Virus record (IMG/VR): IMGVR_UViG_3300025872_000051
Coordinates: 12,162-76,161 of that record
DNA length: 64,000 bases
Origin: a virus
Strand: one strand, 5' to 3'
Shown here: positions 1 to 7,387 of the stretch, in pieces
How the letters are laid out: every line of letters starts with the position of its first letter
How positions within the stretch are numbered: the stretch's first letter is position 1
Translations under genes and position numbers: made by a program
Notes under the pieces: model-generated
The model's database searches: none
What the model was told of the DNA's origin: nothing
What the model saw: only the letters and a program-made list of their open reading frames with translations

Positions 1-66
1 AGGAACTGGACTAATCGGTGATAATGTAGAATACTTCCAAATTGCATTAGAGAATAAAAAAGAACG

Positions 67-912
67 ATGAATCTCAATCAAATTATTACATCTGATAACG
101 TTGAGTATCTAAAAACTCTTCCTGATGAATGTATTGATTTGATTGTAACTTCCCCTCCCTATGATGAACTCAGAGATTACAATGGATATACTCTAGACCT
201 TCACAGTTTGGGTGAGCAACTTCTTCGCGTCTTGAAGGATGGTGGAATCTGTGTGATGGTAATACAAGATTCTACGAAAGATTTTGCTAAATCTCTAACG
301 TCATTTCGCACGATTGTTGATTGGTGCGATAACATTGGATTTCGTTTGTTTGAGTGCAACATATATCACAGACAAGGAACTGAGGGTGCTTGGTGGACTA
401 AAAGGTTTAGAGTGGATCATGAATATATGCCCATATTCTTGAAGGGTAGGAGACCACAATACTTTGACAAAGAGAATATCAAAATACCATCAAAGCACGC
501 CAATAAGGTTATGACTGGTGCTAACATTCGCACTAAAAATGGTAAAACTGGTTCTCGCAAAGTTAAAATCAATCCAACAAAATGCCCAGGAACTGTGATG
601 ACATTTGGTAATACTTGTGGTGGAGAAAGTAAGTTAAAAAGTCAGCATCCCGCAGTATTTCCCAATATGTTAGCGTATGATATGATAGAATGTTTCTGTC
701 CACCAAACGGTGTGGTTCTTGATCCATTCAATGGAAGCGGCACTACAACTCTAGCAGCAAAGTGTCTAGGTAGAAACTATATTGGAATAGACATTTCTGA
801 AGAGTATTGTAACATTGCTGTTCAGAGATTGCACACTGAAACGATAACCAGAAAAAAGGTAGAAACTACAAATCAACTTATAGGATTGGAGCAATTTATT
901 AGTTATGATTGA
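67..912 (+). CDS. DNA methyltransferase, beta class (N4-C/N6-A)
   Basis: Catalytic TSPPY motif near the N-terminus; HPAVFP and SAM-binding VLDPFNGSGTT near the C-terminus. The ATG overlaps the stop of a truncated upstream ORF (ATGA). Confidence 0.93.
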   Translation: MNLNQIITSDNVEYLKTLPDECIDLIVTSPPYDELRDYNGYTLDLHSLGEQLLRVLKDGGICVMVIQDSTKDFAKSLTSFRTIVDWCDNIGFRLFECNIYHRQGTEGAWWTKRFRVDHEYMPIFLKGRRPQYFDKENIKIPSKHANKVMTGANIRTKNGKTGSRKVKINPTKCPGTVMTFGNTCGGESKLKSQHPAVFPNMLAYDMIECFCPPNGVVLDPFNGSGTTTLAAKCLGRNYIGIDISEEYCNIAVQRLHTETITRKKVETTNQLIGLEQFISYD

Positions 913-1081
913 AGGATTCATTATTGGTAAAGGTGACTATGCTGCCGTTCCTTTCGGTGAGCAACTGATGATAATCTATCAGGGTGAGCAACTCAAAGTA
1001 TGCAAGACCGAAGCATCAGCACGAAAGTTTATTGTGGATCATAAAAAGGGTAAATCCCAGGCACAACTTCCTATAGAATAA
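905..1081 (+). CDS. hypothetical protein (58 aa, MIEGFIIGKGDYAAVPFG...)
   Basis: Open frame read manually; its stop TAA is the first 3 nt of repeat copy 1. Confidence 0.7.
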   Translation: MIEGFIIGKGDYAAVPFGEQLMIIYQGEQLKVCKTEASARKFIVDHKKGKSQAQLPIE

Positions 1082-1114
1082 AATAGCTCACCTCCAAAGT
1101 GTCCTAATAGTATG
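1079..1114 (+). repeat. boundary element copy 1
   Basis: TAAAATAGCTCACCTCCAAAGTGTCCTAATAGTATG. Confidence 0.95.
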
Positions 1115-2035
1115 ACGACCAAACAAATGCAGAACAAACATCTAGAGCACCCTGAAGATTGTATCCTGACTGGTGATCTGTCAGTTCTGGATTGGTTCTC
1201 TGAATCTGATAGTTCTATCAGCATCAAGATGGATGGTGCTCCTGCTATTGTGTGGGGAACAAATCCTCAGAATGGTAAGTTTTTTGTTTGTACAAAAGCA
1301 GCATTTAACAAGCAAAAGATTCGTCTTTGCTATAATGAGGATGACATCTTCACACATTTCGGTGGACAACCTCGCGTAACGCAAATCCTCATTTTCTGTC
1401 TGGATTTCCTTCCTCGCACTAATCAAGTGTTGCAAGGTGATTGGATTGGTTTCGGCAGTGGGTTGGATACATTTACTCCGAACACGATTACCTACAAGTT
1501 TCCTGCACCAGTTCGTCAGGATATTATCATTGCACCTCACACAATCTACAGCGGTGCTGATGATATTCGTGAGATGACTGCTGCTCCTTTGATGAGCAAA
1601 CTCATCAGCACTAAGCATTGTCTTTTCGTGCAACCTCAGGTCTCTCTTAATCCTTTCCGTGAGGATTTGGAGGATGTGTGTAACTTTGCAAAGCAAATGT
1701 CTACGCTGTGTGAGTTTGTGAGCGACAAGAAAGCATCACAAATTAAAAAAGAGATCAACGCTTGCATCCGTGAGCAAAAGGTCATTGATGAGGATGAAAT
1801 TGCAGAAAAATGTGATTGTGATGTGAATGTCCTGCGTCTTTGGAAGTTGGTTAAATCTATCAAGGATGATTTGTTCCTGTTCATTCACGAAGAGGATGAC
1901 ATTGAGTGTTACATTCACGATGAGCAATCATTCCACGAAGGTTATGTGATTTCCAACAAGTATGGGACACTTAAAGTAGTGGACCGCGAAGTATTCTCTC
2001 ACGCCAACTTCACCGTCAGCAAGAATTGGGGTTGA
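1112..2035 (+). CDS. conserved phage protein with ATP-dependent ligase/nucleotidyltransferase-like motifs
   Basis: KMDG (KxDG motif I), QGDW, HEGYVI and LKVV occur in ligase-like order. Alternative start at ATG 1127. Confidence 0.6.
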   Translation: MTTKQMQNKHLEHPEDCILTGDLSVLDWFSESDSSISIKMDGAPAIVWGTNPQNGKFFVCTKAAFNKQKIRLCYNEDDIFTHFGGQPRVTQILIFCLDFLPRTNQVLQGDWIGFGSGLDTFTPNTITYKFPAPVRQDIIIAPHTIYSGADDIREMTAAPLMSKLISTKHCLFVQPQVSLNPFREDLEDVCNFAKQMSTLCEFVSDKKASQIKKEINACIREQKVIDEDEIAEKCDCDVNVLRLWKLVKSIKDDLFLFIHEEDDIECYIHDEQSFHEGYVISNKYGTLKVVDREVFSHANFTVSKNWG

Positions 2036-2037
2036 GA

Positions 2038-2073
2038 TAAAATAGCTCACCTCTAAAGTGTCCTAGTAGTATG
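2038..2073 (+). repeat. boundary element copy 2
   Basis: TAAAATAGCTCACCTCTAAAGTGTCCTAGTAGTATG. Confidence 0.95.
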
Positions 2074-2232
2074 AGCACAACCAAAATGACTGAAACTGAT
2101 CTCCTCACTCTCCGTGAGCAACTTCAGGAAGATTTGATGTCTTGGCGTGATGTAAATGATCTGCCCGAGTTTGTTGATGAAGAACTCTGCGACATCGTTG
2201 TTTATGCTTTCTCCAAGTTCCTGAATAAGTGA
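2071..2232 (+). CDS. hypothetical protein (53 aa)
   Basis: ORF starting at the repeat ATG (or at 2086): MSTTKMTETDLLTLREQLQEDL... Confidence 0.65.
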   Translation: MSTTKMTETDLLTLREQLQEDLMSWRDVNDLPEFVDEELCDIVVYAFSKFLNK

Positions 2233-2234
2233 TT

Positions 2235-2588
2235 ATGACTATCACTCTCGCTGAATACGCTGCACAGAAAGATGCAAGCAACACAATTTACCTTAACATC
2301 GTTAAGTATGGTTTGATGCTGTGTGATGCTCTCCAGCAAGATGCACCCGATGGTTACTTCTATGAACTGGATAGTTCTGGTCGCAAGTATCATAAAATCT
2401 GGATGCACATTGGAGACCGTCGTGATAGCATCCACGCCTTTATTGATAAGAAAACTGGTTCAGTATTGAAACCTGCAAGTGTAAAGGCACCTGCGAAGGG
2501 TGAGCGTTACAATCTGCTCTCTATTCCTTCCCGTGAGAAGTGTTTTGAGAACGCAACCTGGCACGGTTCTTATTTGTACGCTCGTTGA
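2235..2588 (+). CDS. conserved phage hypothetical protein
   Basis: GRKYHKI...HAFIDKKTG..KPAS.KAPAKG.RYNL signature typical of myovirus early proteins. Confidence 0.8.
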   Translation: MTITLAEYAAQKDASNTIYLNIVKYGLMLCDALQQDAPDGYFYELDSSGRKYHKIWMHIGDRRDSIHAFIDKKTGSVLKPASVKAPAKGERYNLLSIPSREKCFENATWHGSYLYAR

Positions 2589-2589
2589 T

Positions 2590-2625
2590 TGAAAGGGGGG
2601 ACGCTGAAAGTGTCCTAGTAGTATG
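2590..2625 (+). repeat. boundary element copy 3 (divergent left half)
   Basis: TGAAAGGGGGGACGCTGAAAGTGTCCTAGTAGTATG; right 19 nt identical to the consensus. Confidence 0.85.
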
Positions 2626-2742
2626 AACACTCCAAACTGGAAACACAACTCTGGTAAGCATAAACGAACCAAGGGTATGTGTAAGGGTAAAATCAAATCC
2701 CGCAAGCAATCTCTTCAATCACTCAAACTGAAACTGAAATGA
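2623..2742 (+). CDS. small basic hypothetical protein (39 aa)
   Basis: MNTPNWKHNSGKHKRTKG...; starts at the repeat ATG and ends in an ATGA overlap. Confidence 0.6.
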   Translation: MNTPNWKHNSGKHKRTKGMCKGKIKSRKQSLQSLKLKLK

Positions 2743-2903
2743 CCCTCACGCACATTAACGGCAAAAAACTCAAACAGTTTGCTATTACTGCCCCTGGATT
2801 TGAGTTTCCTGATTATGTTTATGCAGAAACAAGAGAGCAAGCAATTCTAGAGTGGGCAGATACTATTGTTTCTGTTGATGTAACTGAAATTGAAGAAGAT
2901 TGA
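2739..2903 (+). CDS. hypothetical protein (54 aa)
   Basis: Manually read ORF, ATGA-coupled to the previous gene. Confidence 0.6.
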   Translation: MTLTHINGKKLKQFAITAPGFEFPDYVYAETREQAILEWADTIVSVDVTEIEED

Positions 2904-2904
2904 A

Positions 2905-3132
2905 ATGACTATTCCTAACTACAACGCCATTTCTTTTCATTCTGAAGAAGAACATCAGGCAGCACTTTATGATGCTTGTTTGTTGATTGTCAATACCTAC
3001 AACCAAACAGATATGCTGGATGGTTATTGTTTTGACCACGGAAAAAATGAAACTATTACTTCATACGATTTTATGAAGTTTGCGCGTCGTATTATCAACA
3101 ATTATGATTGCAACCCAAATGACTGTACCTAA
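2905..3132 (+). CDS. hypothetical protein
   Basis: ORF track (2890..3132); first ATG after the preceding stop is at 2905. Confidence 0.65.
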   Translation: MTIPNYNAISFHSEEEHQAALYDACLLIVNTYNQTDMLDGYCFDHGKNETITSYDFMKFARRIINNYDCNPNDCT

Positions 3133-3268
3133 TCTCACAAGTCAGCACATAGATTTTAATGCTTGGTTGGAAGAATGTCCTGTTGAATGGTTCAAAAGTG
3201 CAAAACCAAGTGTAAATGGTTCTGCAACTTATGAGTTCTTTTTTGATGCTGTGACTGAGGAAGAATGA
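3119..3268 (+). CDS. hypothetical protein (FNAWLEECPVEW motif)
   Basis: Overlapping, coupled ORF. Confidence 0.6.
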   Translation: MTVPNLTSQHIDFNAWLEECPVEWFKSAKPSVNGSATYEFFFDAVTEEE

Positions 3269-3423
3269 CCTACTCAAATTTCACACATAAAGAACTAAAT
3301 GCTCTTTGTTCGGTATTTTTAGATCAAGTTGATTGGGGTGATAAGGAATTGACTGGTCTTGAAAGTGAAGAGTGTTTAGTTTTGTATCATAAACTTACTA
3401 AAATGCGAGAGGAACTTAAATGA
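3265..3423 (+). CDS. hypothetical protein (52 aa, MTYSNFTHKEL...)
   Basis: ATGA-coupled ORF read manually. Confidence 0.6.
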   Translation: MTYSNFTHKELNALCSVFLDQVDWGDKELTGLESEECLVLYHKLTKMREELK

Positions 3424-3424
3424 C

Positions 3425-3922
3425 CTACTCAAATCTCTCCACCTTTACATAACCCTTATGCGACTTTCTATCACCTTTTGCTACATTGCATAGATGTGAC
3501 TTTGAAAGATTATTCTCACGACAATACTTCGCAAGATTAGTAACTTCAATAACTTCTCCAGTTTCTTTAGTTAAAATCCAACTTTTTTCTGCGATTGTTC
3601 TACCTTCACTCTCAAACTTTTCTCTTTGAGATTTGTTGCCTTTCACTCCATTCTCTTTAACCTTATCTGGATTTTGTTCTCTCCACTTTCTTCCACCTTC
3701 TAGGATAACATTCATAAATGCTCTATTTCTTGCTTTTCTAAACTCTGGATTTTTTACATCACCTAAAATCATTTTGTAAGCACAAAAATCTTTATAATCT
3801 CCCCACAATCTCCACTCACAATAATGAAACATTGCGTGTTGAGTTGGTGTTACTTCAACAAGATTTGTTGGGTCGTCAGTTCCACCTCTGTGTTTGGGAA
3901 TAATGTGGTGTTTGTGTTTCAT
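3425..3922 (-). CDS. free-standing HNH homing endonuclease
   Basis: N-terminal HHIIPKHRGGTDDPTNLV...H...H HNH motif; C-terminal NUMOD1-like NLAKYCRENNL...HKGY; opposite strand to its neighbours; minus-strand late-type TAAATA at about 3945-3950. Confidence 0.85.
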   Translation of the reverse strand: MKHKHHIIPKHRGGTDDPTNLVEVTPTQHAMFHYCEWRLWGDYKDFCAYKMILGDVKNPEFRKARNRAFMNVILEGGRKWREQNPDKVKENGVKGNKSQREKFESEGRTIAEKSWILTKETGEVIEVTNLAKYCRENNLSKSHLCNVAKGDRKSHKGYVKVERFE

Positions 3923-3955
3923 CTTTAACCAAAGTTACCAGTATTATTTAGCGTA

Positions 3956-4219
3956 ATGACTAATGATTTTGCAACTTCCAATCTATCAAAAATCAAAACA
4001 AAGTTTAGGACTTCTGGTGCTATTTCACAACCACGAAGAAAGGCAGGTTCTACACTCAACGACATCGGAATGAGCACCAAAGAAACTATCAAATGTGCTA
4101 CACAAGATGAGTATCTCAATCGTCTGTATTATGCTTTTGACAATAGCACAGATGATAAACTGCGTCGGTTCATTTATGCTGAGATCCGCAAGATCCACAT
4201 TCAGAGAGGCACTTGGTAA
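3956..4219 (+). CDS. conserved phage hypothetical protein
   Basis: ORF track; fits the plus-strand gene series. Confidence 0.75.
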   Translation: MTNDFATSNLSKIKTKFRTSGAISQPRRKAGSTLNDIGMSTKETIKCATQDEYLNRLYYAFDNSTDDKLRRFIYAEIRKIHIQRGTW

Positions 4220-4227
4220 CTGAGAGA

Positions 4228-4263
4228 TAAAATAGCTCACCTCCAAAGTGTCTCAATAATATA
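4228..4263 (+). repeat. boundary element copy 4
   Basis: TAAAATAGCTCACCTCCAAAGTGTCTCAATAATATA. Confidence 0.93.
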
Positions 4264-4279
4264 AAGGCAACTATTCAAC

Positions 4280-4819
4280 GTGTTTGTTTCTATTTTTGAG
4301 GACGGATCTCTCCAAGATTACATCAATCAAAATGCACAAGATCCTTGGATTGGTACACCTTTCCAGGGTTATGTGTTTATGTCTCCCAAGCAAAAGGGGG
4401 AGTTTGGTGAGCGTTTCGTCTCTAAGTTCTTTGAGAATGTATTGTTGTGTGATGTAAAACGTGCCAAAACATCTACAGCAGGGCACGATCGTGTGATTGA
4501 TAACATTCGCACAGAAATCAAGTTCTCTCTTGCTACCCGTGACAAAAAAGGTGGCACAAAGAAAGATCAATTTATCATCAATCACGTTTCTAAAGATAAA
4601 GATTGGGAACGTCTTGTGTTCTTTGGTATCAACCAAGATGAGAAAGATTGTCGCCTGTTTTGGTTCAGTAAAGAGGATTTCCTGAATCATCTTGAGTCGG
4701 AAGATTGTCTGTTTGCACCACAACAAGGTGGAAAATCTATCGGCAATGATGATTACATTTGCACAAAAGTTGATCGTCTGGTAGAATGTTCCTTTGTGAA
4801 GAGCATAACCGAATGGTGA
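4280..4819 (+). CDS. putative PD-(D/E)xK restriction endonuclease
   Basis: KGEFGE...GHD...TEIKFS catalytic-like pattern; overlaps the downstream methyltransferase. Confidence 0.65.
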   Translation: MFVSIFEDGSLQDYINQNAQDPWIGTPFQGYVFMSPKQKGEFGERFVSKFFENVLLCDVKRAKTSTAGHDRVIDNIRTEIKFSLATRDKKGGTKKDQFIINHVSKDKDWERLVFFGINQDEKDCRLFWFSKEDFLNHLESEDCLFAPQQGGKSIGNDDYICTKVDRLVECSFVKSITEW

Positions 4820-5541
4820 ATCTATTTCACGGCGATTGTTTAGACATTCTGCCAACACTTGCAGACAACTCTGTAGATCTGGTGTTGGTAGATTTGCCAT
4901 ACGGTACAACAGCGTGTAAATGGGATTCTATCATTCCTCTGGACAAATTGTGGGAGCAATATAACAGAATCTGTAAGGAAGATGGTGCAATGGTATTCAC
5001 TGCAGCACAACCTTTCACCACTATACTTGCAGCATCAAATCTTGAGAACCTTCGTTATGAATGGATTTGGGAAAAACCGCAAGGAACTAATCCTATGAAC
5101 GCGAAAGTTATGCCTCTCAAGTCACACGAAAACATCCTGGTCTTTTATAGAAAGAAACCCACATACAATCCTCAGATGTGGTACTCTACACCTTACAGTG
5201 GTTTCTCATCAGAAACCAGTAAGATTGGTGAGGTTTATGGTAAAGCAAAGAGCAAGCATAGGGATAATCCTGATGGATCAAGATACCCTAAGACAGTATT
5301 GCGATTCAAGCAAGAAAAGGGTCTGCATCCTACACAAAAACCTGTTGATTTGATGGAGTATCTAATCAAAACGTACACTAACGAAGGTGATACTGTGCTA
5401 GACAATACGATGGGATCAGGTACAACTGGTGTAGCATGTGTGAACACCAACAGAAACTTTGTGGGTATTGAGAGTGATGAGAAATACTACAAGATCGCTG
5501 AGGAAAGGATCAACAACCCACTCTTAAATGCTATGAATTAA
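4813..5541 (+). CDS. DNA methyltransferase, beta class (probably N6-adenine)
   Basis: GDCL, DLPYG, HPTQKP and VLDNTMGSGTTG motifs; stop TAA lies inside repeat copy 5. Confidence 0.93.
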   Translation: MVNLFHGDCLDILPTLADNSVDLVLVDLPYGTTACKWDSIIPLDKLWEQYNRICKEDGAMVFTAAQPFTTILAASNLENLRYEWIWEKPQGTNPMNAKVMPLKSHENILVFYRKKPTYNPQMWYSTPYSGFSSETSKIGEVYGKAKSKHRDNPDGSRYPKTVLRFKQEKGLHPTQKPVDLMEYLIKTYTNEGDTVLDNTMGSGTTGVACVNTNRNFVGIESDEKYYKIAEERINNPLLNAMN

Positions 5542-5574
5542 AATAGCTCACCTCCAAAGTGTCCTAGTAGTATG
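5539..5574 (+). repeat. boundary element copy 5
   Basis: TAAAATAGCTCACCTCCAAAGTGTCCTAGTAGTATG. Confidence 0.95.
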
Positions 5575-5811
5575 AGCAACAACATCGTTTCCGAAATCTA
5601 CTCCTACCACACAAACTGGAAGGAGGGTAAAGTCAACCAGATGTGGATTGAGCAATCTGGTGATGAGAACAAAGGTTATTCTTTCGTCGCTGTAGCACAC
5701 AATCCCCGCAATGGTAAGACGATGGAAATGTCTAACCCTCGCACATCTTACCGTGAAACTCTAGAATGGGTTCGTGGTTGGTGTGGTACTTTTTGTGTTC
5801 TTCCTGTTTGA
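5572..5811 (+). CDS. hypothetical protein
   Basis: ORF track; starts at the repeat ATG. Confidence 0.75.
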   Translation: MSNNIVSEIYSYHTNWKEGKVNQMWIEQSGDENKGYSFVAVAHNPRNGKTMEMSNPRTSYRETLEWVRGWCGTFCVLPV

Positions 5812-5845
5812 TTTCTTACACTCAACTCAACAACTTTAACTCTTT

Positions 5846-6049
5846 GTGACTGATAAAGAACAACAAATCCCTAAAGATGGCGAACGTTGCATTAACGTGC
5901 GTCGTCAAGATAATGGTTTGTGGGAGGTTCACATCCAAGTTTTCAAGTTCAACAAACTTCGAGGTGATTCTTATTGGAACACTTTGGCGTATAGGACATA
6001 TCAAAAAAAATCTGATGCTGAACGTTATGCTGCAAGATTTGTGAACTGA
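5846..6049 (+). CDS. hypothetical protein
   Basis: ORF track; GTG start. Confidence 0.6.
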   Translation: MTDKEQQIPKDGERCINVRRQDNGLWEVHIQVFKFNKLRGDSYWNTLAYRTYQKKSDAERYAARFVN

Positions 6050-6092
6050 TGAACAAAACCTTCGGTTCTTCTGCTATTCAAGTTTCCTGATT

Positions 6093-6221
6093 ATGAAAAC
6101 CAACTCTAACTCTTCTTGGATTGATGAACTGATTAAATGGGAAAATGCTCATCCTGAGTATCAACCATTTGAGGAGGATGAAAACTCTCAACGCCGACAA
6201 AACCAGAAAGAAGATTATTGA
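6093..6221 (+). CDS. hypothetical protein (42 aa)
   Basis: Manually read ORF between two TGATTATG junctions. Confidence 0.55.
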   Translation: MKTNSNSSWIDELIKWENAHPEYQPFEEDENSQRRQNQKEDY

Positions 6222-6223
6222 TT

Positions 6224-6418
6224 ATGACTACTGATTTACTCAAACTCTATAAACTTTGCATCCTTGATTTACTGATTGCGATTGATGAGGATGTAGTAGA
6301 TTGGAGGAACTATCCTAAACTTTGGGAAGCAATCCGATTTGCTGATACTACTCTTGACCTCTGGGCAGGAGATAATCTCAAACAGATGAAAGAACAACTT
6401 TGGAATGAACTGAAATGA
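6224..6418 (+). CDS. hypothetical protein
   Basis: ORF track; start placed at the TGATTATG junction. Confidence 0.65.
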   Translation: MTTDLLKLYKLCILDLLIAIDEDVVDWRNYPKLWEAIRFADTTLDLWAGDNLKQMKEQLWNELK

Positions 6419-6576
6419 AAAACTATCGCGTGATGGTTGAAACTAAAGATGGATGTTGTACTATTTGGTATGAGAAATCCAACGCAAAGACCGCAGACAA
6501 ACTTATCCTAAATCGCGTCTATAATCAACTCTGCGGTCTCAACATTAAAGAAATCTCTGTTATTCCTTCTGTTTGA
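6415..6576 (+). CDS. hypothetical protein (53 aa)
   Basis: ATGA-coupled, manually read ORF. Confidence 0.65.
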   Translation: MKNYRVMVETKDGCCTIWYEKSNAKTADKLILNRVYNQLCGLNIKEISVIPSV

Positions 6577-6578
6577 TT

Positions 6579-6845
6579 ATGTACCGCACACTTTCTGAAC
6601 TTCGCAACAGCATTAACAAACTGATTGAGCAACAAGGTGAAGACGCACCTTGCGCTGCATTTGTATTCACCAAAGAAGATGTTTTTGAGTTTGGTGAGAA
6701 TGATGAGGAAAATCATTTTCCTATTGTTTTCACTCAAGATGTTCTCTGTGATGTAGGAGGATGTTCCTACATTTACGAACAGGTTGGTGAAATGATTGAC
6801 GATTCAATCCGCCTTCGTAAGAAACTCCCACTCTACGCTAACTGA
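6579..6845 (+). CDS. hypothetical protein
   Basis: ORF track. Confidence 0.75.
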   Translation: MYRTLSELRNSINKLIEQQGEDAPCAAFVFTKEDVFEFGENDEENHFPIVFTQDVLCDVGGCSYIYEQVGEMIDDSIRLRKKLPLYAN

Positions 6846-6847
6846 TT

Positions 6848-7090
6848 ATGTCTGACCTGCAAGAGTTCTACGATTATGTTCTCTCTTTCTATGGTGCTGA
6901 TGGATTGTATCCTATGGGTGCAACTCTGAGCGTCATCAAGCAAGCAACATCCACACACATTAAGATACTTAAACTGAAAGGAAATGAGTTCTGTGGTGAT
7001 AGTATTGACCGCGAATGTGTGCGGGATTTGTTAATCTCAAAATATGGTCTGACCTTCCCAACTGCTCCCGTCTCACTTGCGTCTCGCTGA
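6848..7090 (+). CDS. hypothetical protein
   Basis: ORF track. Confidence 0.75.
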   Translation: MSDLQEFYDYVLSFYGADGLYPMGATLSVIKQATSTHIKILKLKGNEFCGDSIDRECVRDLLISKYGLTFPTAPVSLASR

Positions 7091-7206
7091 GAACCCTGTC
7101 CACCACTAGACCAAAAACCTGATTTTTCTGCAATTTCACCTGACAGACCCCATAGGTCATCTGCTGCAGAGAAATTAACGATTTTTTCCAAACTCTAAAC
7201 AATCCA

Positions 7207-7350
7207 ATGAAATACATCGTTCAACTCTATCAAGGTGGCAAAGTGTTCACTGAGGAAGTGTATGCTAGCACACCCAAAGATGCCCGTGAAACTGCACTCA
7301 TTCGCAACCCAACTTGTAAGGTAGTTGGAGTGAACGCAAAGTTCAACTGA
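7207..7350 (+). CDS. conserved small phage protein (MKYIVQLYQGGKVF...RNPT.KVVGVN)
   Basis: Manually read ORF ending 1 nt before repeat copy 6. Confidence 0.7.
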   Translation: MKYIVQLYQGGKVFTEEVYASTPKDARETALIRNPTCKVVGVNAKFN

Positions 7351-7351
7351 T

Positions 7352-7387
7352 TAAAATAGCTCACCTCTAAAGTGTCCTAGTAGTATG
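7352..7387 (+). repeat. boundary element copy 6
   Basis: TAAAATAGCTCACCTCTAAAGTGTCCTAGTAGTATG. Confidence 0.95.

Noticed and set aside
2038-2060. Resemblance of CTCAC...TAAAG to T3/T7 RNA polymerase promoters
   Set aside because: The spacing differs by 3 nt, conservation continues well beyond the would-be +1, and no single-subunit RNA polymerase is in the window.
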